A DNA stretch of 64,000 bases from a candidate division Kazan bacterium GW2011_GWA1_50_15 (GTDB lineage Bacteria > Patescibacteriota > Kazan-3B-28), in NCBI GenBank assembly GCA_001029795.1, contig CP011216.1:70903-134902 (forward strand), in the 5' to 3' direction. Of the stretch, positions 56,728 through 64,000 are shown piece after piece (the stretch's first letter is position 1; every line of letters begins with the position of its first letter). The notes beneath the pieces are model-generated. The model ran no database searches. It saw nothing but the letters and a program-made list of their open reading frames with translations, and was not told the DNA's origin. The position numbers were made by a program, and so were the translations under genes.

Positions 56728-57271
56728 AGAAGTACAAATTAGATTAATGTCGCTGTGTTTCCTGCGTGATGCTCAGGGACGGGTTTTGCTGGGTCGGAAA
56801 TCGGACAAGCCGGAAATCGGGGCCGGGACCTGGAACGGATTTGGTGGCAAGAGAATTGAAGCGGATGAGAGTTTGCAGGACACTGCTAGGAGGGAGGTCT
56901 GGGAGGAGACGGGGGAGCGAGTGCGGGTTGGTAAGCTGATCTCCCTAGGACAGGTTGATTTTCGGCAACCAACTAAGCATAGGATTAATCGGGTACACCT
57001 GTTCTCTTCAAGTGACTTTACCGGCGAACCGGAGGTCAATGAGGAGATGGTGGAGTTCGGTTGGTTTAATAAAGAGGAACTACCCCTAGACCAGATGATG
57101 GAGGCCGATGGCCACTTTATCCCGGAGCTGATGAAGGGCAAGCAGATCAGGGCAGAATTCACCTATACCGAGGACTTTAAGCTGGAGGGATATTGGTCGG
57201 TGGATGAGATAGGGAGGATTAAAACCGAGACCGAAGAGCTCCGTCAGGAGGTTAGGGTGGGGATGAGATAA
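56717..57271 (+). CDS. NUDIX hydrolase (MutT/MTH1-like)
   Basis: WNGFGGK..ADES...[11 protein letters not shown] Nudix box. Confidence 0.88.
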   Translation: MENEEVQIRLMSLCFLRDAQGRVLLGRKSDKPEIGAGTWNGFGGKRIEADESLQDTARREVWEETGERVRVGKLISLGQVDFRQPTKHRINRVHLFSSSDFTGEPEVNEEMVEFGWFNKEELPLDQMMEADGHFIPELMKGKQIRAEFTYTEDFKLEGYWSVDEIGRIKTETEELRQEVRVGMR

Positions 57272-57287
57272 AGAGGCTCTAGATATG

Positions 57288-57315
57288 AAAAAGGCCGCCC
57301 GGAAGGCGGTTTTTT
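57288..57315. terminator. Bidirectional terminator
   Basis: AAAAAGGCCGCC-CGGAA-GGCGGTTTTTT. Confidence 0.8.
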
Positions 57316-57329
57316 AGGTTCTTACTTTC

Positions 57330-57358
57330 ATTATATCAGATATAGAGGGACTTGTCAA
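57330..57358 (-). promoter_or_regulatory. Consensus sigma70 promoter with no downstream ORF
   Basis: Minus strand reads TTGACA-17 nt-TATAAT with extended TG. Confidence 0.7.
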
Positions 57359-57846
57359 GGTTTTTGAGCTGATAGGAGAGAGGGGGGGAGATGGGCCCCT
57401 CGGCAGGCTCGGGGGAACAATCAGGATAGATTGTTCGTTTTATTGCTCTGGGAGCCAGTTTCCGCTTGACAAATTCTTTCATTTATAATAGGATAGCGGT
57501 AGTTGGGGCGAGCGCTCCAAGTTGCACTCTACAATTAGTTGACCACAGAAAACAGGTCAACACGAGGCAACATTTACAATTCGTTAAAATAAAAAGATCA
57601 GCAAGCTTGGGGGCGGGCTGATTTTTATTTTGGCGGAGAGTAGATGGGGTTTGGACCGCAGAACTCTGGTGCTGTAGAGGTTTAGGGTCTGGACATCTTT
57701 GGATTAACCTTTAAGGATGTCACTTTAAGGACACGACACCTTCTTAGCACTGGAGTCCTGCGGTGCAAACCAAAGGAATATTCTCAATTTCCAGTTCTCC
57801 GGCTAGCGCGGCCGGTGAATAGCCCATGAGGGCTGGGAGGTGTACT

Positions 57847-59265
57847 ATGCGCAAGAATTTCCTTCTGGCCCTCGCTGTGGGCCTAGTAGTTTCGTTGTTC
57901 GTGTTGTCATCGTGTGGCGGAGGCGGAGGTTCTAAACCCCCTACGGCACCGCCGGTGAGTAACAATGGTAACAACTTACCACCACCGTCAGCGCCGTCTG
58001 GCCTCGACCAGACGTCCTACAGGGCGGAGATCAATGTCCCGACATCGCCGGATTCAGGCGAGGGTGCGCTTGTGCTTCGGCACGGTGTTCACTTTTTCAG
58101 TCCCGATGCTTCGGACAAAAGTTGGACATTCGGGATCCGGACCTGGGTGAAAACCAGGGACGGAAATCCGTTCCAACTGGACACTTATAGATGGAGTGGC
58201 CAGGATGGCCGCTTGAATCTGCAAGATCCAAGCCAGGATAAATCGTCCGTTGTTGTTCGTACGGTCACCCTTGATGGTCGGGACATTTCCCCAGCCGTTG
58301 GAGTTTACACGGTAGGGGTAAAGACCACCGGCGTTGGTAAGGGTAAGCTGGTGCCACTGAGTTATTCGGTCAATACGCCCCCATACGGGTTATGGACAGC
58401 CTGGTTGAAATTCAACGGGCTGTACCATACTCAGTCTGGCAATGGCGGTCCGGGCGGTTCTGGAGATGGTGACCCGAATGATAGTTGGCTAGAAGAGCTC
58501 TGGGGCAATATCAATGAATGGATATGCCCCAGCGCCACAACAACGGTCACTCTGGCCATCGATGACGGTAACTGGGAGTGGACGGGTGAAAGATGGGTTT
58601 ACGAACCCGCAACCCCCCCGCCGGCAGAACCGACATTTGCTATGTTTTCGGTTCTACCCAAGACGGCTAATCTCCTGGTTGGAGCAGTGCAGGTATTTAC
58701 CACTTCAGCGCAGGATTCGCGTGGCAATGCGATACAGCCGGATGTTACCTGGGCGCTGAGTGATCCGTTGATCGGTAGCTTAAGTTCGGTTGTCCAAGGC
58801 CAACAACAGTTCACTGCGGCCAAGCCGGGTGTGGTCATTATCACCGCCCAGGCTGTCTGGCAAGGAGTATCTAAGGTGGCAACGGCGGTAGTGACTGTTA
58901 CTTTGGAACCGACTCCACCACCCGAGGACTGGACCGGAGTCACGGTTCAGATCCGGCCGGATTCGGAGATACTCAGGACACTGTCTAAAGGTATGGGGGT
59001 ATCCCAGGCGTACAGTCTAGTTCTGTTGAAAGATGGCGCAGCTGCCGACGTGACACCAAGCGAGATTCTCTGGGCTTGGGACGGTGTTGCTTACGGCGGC
59101 ACGGACCTACTTCCGGAGCTAGAGGTCCAATCGGATCCGGCTTCAGTGATTGTCCTTTCGGCATTCGCCGCCATCGCCGATCACAAGCTGAGCGTAAAGG
59201 TTAAAAAAGCAGATGGTGCGGTGGTAACGCAGGGCGCGGAGATCACCATCCATGTGGTCGACTAA
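57847..59265 (+). CDS. Predicted lipoprotein with Ig-like (Big_2-type) domain
   Basis: SD GGGAGG; signal peptide ending LSSC-GGGGG; Pro-rich linkers; DVTWALSDP Ig pattern. Confidence 0.75.
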   Translation: MRKNFLLALAVGLVVSLFVLSSCGGGGGSKPPTAPPVSNNGNNLPPPSAPSGLDQTSYRAEINVPTSPDSGEGALVLRHGVHFFSPDASDKSWTFGIRTWVKTRDGNPFQLDTYRWSGQDGRLNLQDPSQDKSSVVVRTVTLDGRDISPAVGVYTVGVKTTGVGKGKLVPLSYSVNTPPYGLWTAWLKFNGLYHTQSGNGGPGGSGDGDPNDSWLEELWGNINEWICPSATTTVTLAIDDGNWEWTGERWVYEPATPPPAEPTFAMFSVLPKTANLLVGAVQVFTTSAQDSRGNAIQPDVTWALSDPLIGSLSSVVQGQQQFTAAKPGVVIITAQAVWQGVSKVATAVVTVTLEPTPPPEDWTGVTVQIRPDSEILRTLSKGMGVSQAYSLVLLKDGAAADVTPSEILWAWDGVAYGGTDLLPELEVQSDPASVIVLSAFAAIADHKLSVKVKKADGAVVTQGAEITIHVVD

Positions 59266-59470
59266 GTTGCACATTTAAAGGTTGGGAGTCTCGATTTGTC
59301 GGGACTCCCGCCTCCACTCTTGGTCATCATGATTGCTTCCCCCAGGTAATCATGGTGGCCAAAAGTGGGGGAATATACTAGACACATTATTTATGGAGTA
59401 CAAGACAATGGATGTTTTAAAAACGGTCGGTAGACGGATATACTTTCAGGTGCGTAGATTAAAGAAAGCC

Positions 59471-62260
59471 ATGAGGAACTGGAAAAAGTTTGGCGTGATA
59501 ATTTTTGGCGGGTTAGTACTGGCGATGAACGTCCTGCCAGTTGCTCAAGCAACGGCCGACACACGCCTATTTGAAGTATATGTCGGCATGACGGGTCAGC
59601 ACACCGTGGCAGTCGGAACGCCAGTGGGCTTTACCGCTCAGTCTTATATTGGGGCTGACGATGCTACGACCGATACCAGTTTCAACTGGGAAGTGCGTCA
59701 GGGTACGGCTCTGGTCACCTCGCGGACTGGCGGCACTGCCAGCTACAGTTTTACTCCAACTGCGGCTGGGACGTATGCCATCACTACACGAGGGATTTAT
59801 CAACCAAACCCGATTAAGAGCGCTTGGGCTAAAACCCCAGCCACTTTAACTGTCACTGGCGGCACGACTGACATGCGTCTATTTGAGGTGTATGTTGGCT
59901 ACACCGGCCAAAACTCTATTACGGTCGGGACACCAGCTATTTTCCATGCCGAGTCTCATATTGGGGCTGACGATGCTACGACCGATACCAGTTTCAACTG
60001 GCAGGTGAAGAGGGGAACTGTCTTAGTAGCCTCAACCACTGATTCTGGCAAGGATTATACTTTCACTCCAACTACAGCCGGAACCTATACGATCACGACT
60101 CGCGGTATCTATCGTCCGAATACCACTAAGAGCGCTTGGGCCAAGACCCCGGCGACTCTGACGGCAACTTCAACTACTCCGCCGGAACAGACTCTTGCTA
60201 TTACCATTACCCCCGCCGAGGAGCAGCACACGGTAGTGGGTACGCAATTGCGTGTGCCCTACCAAGCGCGTCCGACCCTGAACGGCCAACCGCTCACGGG
60301 CGGGCTGGTACAGTGGTATGTTAATGGCGCGCCGCGCGGGAACGGTATTAATTTTCCTTACGACGCTTCGATGGTGGCTGGCACTTACGCGGTACGCGCG
60401 GTGTTGAGCTATGACACCCTGCCGGATGCGCAAAGCAACGTGGCTTACGTGTATGTGGCGGAGAAGCCGGAGGCGGACAAGTTTACTACTTTCTATGTTT
60501 ATCCGGACAATAGAACGTTAATTCTTACTCCGGGGGCTGACCAGGAAGATTTCCACTATGTCGCCCAGTTGTCTAATGGTGACAATATTACTCCTGAAGA
60601 GTTGACTTGGCCGGATGTTGGCTTTGGTCAGTTCACGCCTATTTTAAATGGCCGGCACTTTACAGCCACACAACTAGGCAGTGAGACAATTACGATTACG
60701 GCCAAATATCAGGGTGAAACGCTGTTCTATCGGATTCGTATTACAGTGTTACCCGCGGAGACTGGGAACCCGGTCTTGACTCGGGTGACGATCGAACCGC
60801 CGGTTGCTGGTCCGCTGTCAGCGGGTGGAGCGGGGGCTGACTACACCGCGCGGGCTTACGCCGTCACAGCCAACGGCGAGGTGGAGGTTAGCAGCCAGGT
60901 TAATTTCCTGTGGGAGATCGATCCGGTAGCCGTGCGGTATATCGGTACACTCCAAGCTCTGCCGGGGCAGACTCAAGTAGCTCACTTTACTCCCTACGCT
61001 GGAGTGAATGGCAATTTCTATGACGCCATTCACGTCGTAGCCTACTTCGGCAGTCCAGTGCAGATCCGGGACGCTCGGGCCAGCGTATTGATCAATGATG
61101 TGATCATCACGCAAGACCATCTGACTAATCTGACGGTAGCACCGGACCGCTCGGTGATCAGCACTAATGATTCGACGCCGATCCGGGCGCAAGCTTACTC
61201 TAACGGTACGCCGCTGGGCGGCGCAAGTTACAGTTGGCAGATAATCAGCGGAACCGCCACTTTGAGTTCACTGACTGGCCAGGTGGTAACGCTTTATTCG
61301 AACATTTGGACCGGTAATGTTGTCATCCAAGTAACGGCCAATTATAACGCTGATCCATCGATCAGTCGGACGACTACGGTGTTTGTTCAAGGCGCAGTAC
61401 CGCCGATCAATACTATTAATCTGGTGGTTGAGCCGTTGAACCCGACGGTGGTAACGAATAATACTCAGTTATTTACCGCTCGAGTTTACGACAGCAACGG
61501 TGCTAACATTACTAACTTGGTTGATTACGTGAGTTGGTTCAATCAGAACCCGACGGCCGGGACTATCGTTAGCCAGTCTCGCGACAATATGATCTGGCGG
61601 GCAGACAGCGTGCTGGGAACTTTCCCAAGCGCCATCCGGGTGGAGACTCGTTACGGCGGGATGGCTGATACCGAGTACATCACTCCGACAGTGATAATTA
61701 GCGGTCCGACCCCGTTTTACTTCATTAGTCCGTATTTCTACGGTGTGATCGAGGACGGCAGTACGCCGAATGAGGGCGACATCATTATCTACACCATCAC
61801 CCTCACTAATAATCAGCCGAATATGGTGTCGGGTGTGCAGCTGACCACAGACGTGCCAGCCTACACAACGTTCATCTCCGCGACTTCGGCTGTTGACCAT
61901 CCGCGGATCTCTGGCCGGACGATAACCTGGGACGCAGGTACGCTCTATAGTGGCGGGTCACAGACCCTGACCGTGCGGGTGCGCATCAACGAGGGTTTGC
62001 CCAAGAAAGGCATTAGCATCACTGGGTACGCTCATGTGCGAGCCGATCAGCTCCCGCAAGGGTTTAATATCACTTCCAACACGATCGTGGTAGGGAGCGG
62101 AAGCGGTACGCCGGTGACACCAACTGAAGAGCCACTGGCCCCGACCGGAGTTGATTGGCAGACCCTGGTAATGCTGGCACTGGCTTCGATGTTGCTGGCC
62201 GGTGTCGCCATGATAGGACTAGAGCGCCGGGCTGCTAACCGGGCATCAATACAAGAATAA
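59471..62260 (+). CDS. Large surface protein with Ig-like repeats, DUF11-like domain and LPXTG-like anchor
   Basis: Signal peptide, duplicated 104-aa unit, GDIIIYTITLTN (DUF11-like), LAPTG then TM then RR; start uncertain (frame open from 59333). Confidence 0.8.
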   Translation: MRNWKKFGVIIFGGLVLAMNVLPVAQATADTRLFEVYVGMTGQHTVAVGTPVGFTAQSYIGADDATTDTSFNWEVRQGTALVTSRTGGTASYSFTPTAAGTYAITTRGIYQPNPIKSAWAKTPATLTVTGGTTDMRLFEVYVGYTGQNSITVGTPAIFHAESHIGADDATTDTSFNWQVKRGTVLVASTTDSGKDYTFTPTTAGTYTITTRGIYRPNTTKSAWAKTPATLTATSTTPPEQTLAITITPAEEQHTVVGTQLRVPYQARPTLNGQPLTGGLVQWYVNGAPRGNGINFPYDASMVAGTYAVRAVLSYDTLPDAQSNVAYVYVAEKPEADKFTTFYVYPDNRTLILTPGADQEDFHYVAQLSNGDNITPEELTWPDVGFGQFTPILNGRHFTATQLGSETITITAKYQGETLFYRIRITVLPAETGNPVLTRVTIEPPVAGPLSAGGAGADYTARAYAVTANGEVEVSSQVNFLWEIDPVAVRYIGTLQALPGQTQVAHFTPYAGVNGNFYDAIHVVAYFGSPVQIRDARASVLINDVIITQDHLTNLTVAPDRSVISTNDSTPIRAQAYSNGTPLGGASYSWQIISGTATLSSLTGQVVTLYSNIWTGNVVIQVTANYNADPSISRTTTVFVQGAVPPINTINLVVEPLNPTVVTNNTQLFTARVYDSNGANITNLVDYVSWFNQNPTAGTIVSQSRDNMIWRADSVLGTFPSAIRVETRYGGMADTEYITPTVIISGPTPFYFISPYFYGVIEDGSTPNEGDIIIYTITLTNNQPNMVSGVQLTTDVPAYTTFISATSAVDHPRISGRTITWDAGTLYSGGSQTLTVRVRINEGLPKKGISITGYAHVRADQLPQGFNITSNTIVVGSGSGTPVTPTEEPLAPTGVDWQTLVMLALASMLLAGVAMIGLERRAANRASIQE

Positions 62261-62277
62261 GCAGATTAATCATCTAC

Positions 62278-62307
62278 AAAATCCCCCGTCGGCCGACGGG
62301 GGATTTT
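62278..62307. terminator. Intrinsic terminator
   Basis: AAAATCCCCCGTC-GGCC-GACGGGGGATTTT. Confidence 0.85.
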
Positions 62308-62325
62308 GTTTGTTATAATTACCTC

Positions 62326-63430
62326 ATGGCAGAGACTCACAAAGAACGATATGAAGCTATTCGCCTGCAGTTTTCTAAACTGCAGGACTATCTTTGACCC
62401 GGATAAAGTTCAACGGCGAGCCGATGAATTAACGGCGGAAATGTCTGCGCCGGATTTTTGGCAGCAAGACCACCAGGCGGCGGCTAAAAAGGCGACCAAA
62501 CTGGATTTGCAGAATAAGATCATTGGGGCCGAGCGGGAAGCGGAGGACGCTCTGGCTCGGGTGGGGACCAAGTTGGGCGAGGGTGGCTATAGTCCCACCG
62601 ACAAGGAGATGGAGGCGGACCTGACGGCCGCGGCCGAGAAGATAAGTTGGCTAGAGTCCCAGACCTTGTTTAGCGGGCCGTACGACGACAAAGACGCTTA
62701 CCTCTTTTTTCATGTGGGGGCCGGCGGGGTGGACGCGGCTGACTGGAACGAAATGCTCTTAAATATGTATCTGGCCTATGCCAAGCGCAAGGGTTGGCAG
62801 GCGGAAATACTGCATCGGACTGAAGGAGACGAAGCAGGGGTGAAAAATGCCACAGTCAAGATTAGCGGGACCAGGGTCTACGGCTATCTTAAGGCCGAGG
62901 CCGGGGTGCATCGCTTGGTGCGGCTAAGCCCATTTAACGCTCAGAATCTAAGGCAGACATCGTTCGCGCTGGTTGAGGTGCTGCCGGATATGGGCGATAC
63001 CGATATTACCATTGATGACAAGGACCTCAAGATCGATACCTTTAAATCGTCCGGTCACGGTGGTCAGAGTGTTAACACGACCGATTCGGCGGTGCGGATA
63101 ACGCACATCCCGACTGGTCTAACTGCAGGATGCCAGACTGAGCGGTCGCAGACCCAGAATCGGGCTATCGCCATGCAGATATTAAAGAATAAACTTTATG
63201 TTCAGCAGCAAGCTGAGCGCGATAGCCGGGAGCGCCAACTAAAAGCGGCCACAGCTTCGGGCGATTTTGGACATCAGATCCGCAGTTACGTTATTCATCC
63301 GTACAACCAAGTCAAAGACCATCGCAGTGACTTTACTGAGCCACGCACGGATAAGATCCTGAAGGAAGGTGACTTAGATGAATTAATTTTAAGTGTTTTG
63401 GTGCATTTGCGGGATAATAGTGGGGCATGA
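62326..63430 (+). CDS. prfB: Peptide chain release factor 2 with programmed +1 frameshift
   Basis: ATG 62326, 23 codons to CTT TGA C (62392-62398) with AGGA upstream; +1 frame has SPF and GGQ. Confidence 0.95.
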
Positions 63431-64000
63431 TAGTTTTCGATAAAGTTACCAAGCACTACGGTTCGCACAAGGCGCTCGACGACGTCTCGTTTAGCATCAG
63501 ACCGAGGGAGTTTGTGATATTGGTTGGGCCGTCCGGAGCGGGGAAAACTACTCTGATCAAACTTCTGTTATGCGAGGAGAAGCCGACGTTTGGGCGGATT
63601 ACTATCGACGACAAAGACATCCACCTATTGAAGGACAGATATATTCCCTACTATCGGCGGCAGATCGGGGTGGTCTTCCAGGACTTTAAACTATTGCCTA
63701 ATCAGACCGTGGCGGAGAATGTGGCTTTCGCTATGGAGGTGTCGGGCAAACCAGATAACGAGATCACTAAAGAGGTGATGAAGATCCTTGAGCTGGTAGG
63801 GCTAAAGGATAAGGCAAGTAATTTTCCTAGAGAACTGTCGGGGGGTGAGATTCAGCGGGTGGCTATCGCCAGGGCGTTAGTGTTTCAGCCCAAGTTTTTG
63901 ATCGCAGACGAACCGACCGGCAACCTGGACCCAGTCACGGCTTGGGATATCACTAAACTGCTGCTCAAGATCAATTCTTTAGGGACAACGGTTCTATTGG
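63427..64000 (+). CDS. ftsE: Cell division ATP-binding protein FtsE (partial, runs off the window)
   Basis: GPSGAGKT, IGVVFQDFKLL, LSGGEIQRVAIARA, IADEPTGNLD; ATGA overlap with prfB. Confidence 0.92.
   Translation, partial: MIVFDKVTKHYGSHKALDDVSFSIRPREFVILVGPSGAGKTTLIKLLLCEEKPTFGRITIDDKDIHLLKDRYIPYYRRQIGVVFQDFKLLPNQTVAENVAFAMEVSGKPDNEITKEVMKILELVGLKDKASNFPRELSGGEIQRVAIARALVFQPKFLIADEPTGNLDPVTAWDITKLLLKINSLGTTVLL

Overview
Core chromosomal region of a bacterium with hallmarks of Patescibacteria/CPR (inferred: compact housekeeping operons, rpsB-tsf-frr-uppS-rseP without pyrH/dxr/cdsA, class II RNR, many apparently leaderless genes, orphan membrane-anchored proteins). Most genes are on the + strand: tig, clpP, holB, tRNA-Thr/Tyr/Thr, rplK-rplA, dut-tmk/thyX, rplJ-rplL, tgt, manC, secDF, hisS, rpsU, ybeY, ftsAZ, nrdR-nrdJ, ileS, rplU, lepB, rpsB-tsf-frr, folD, greA, lysS, serS, secA, prfB (+1 frameshift) and a partial ftsE. 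The most unusual signals are non-coding. (1) A complete tRNA-Val(CAC) gene is nested inside the anticodon loop of a second intact-looking tRNA-Val(CAC), held by a GC-rich clamp. (2) Five dispersed ~200-nt structured elements lie directly after stop codons and share a 4-bp pseudoknot that covaries between copies. (3) Three further families of small palindromic/MITE-like elements and heptamer arrays occur, some inside start codons or coding sequence. Accessory genes include a 1521-aa dual nucleotidyl-cyclase/STAND ATPase/TPR protein, Ig-like surface proteins, an orphan receiver domain and several small ORFs missing from the ORF track. No CRISPR array, rRNA, prophage or transposase was seen.
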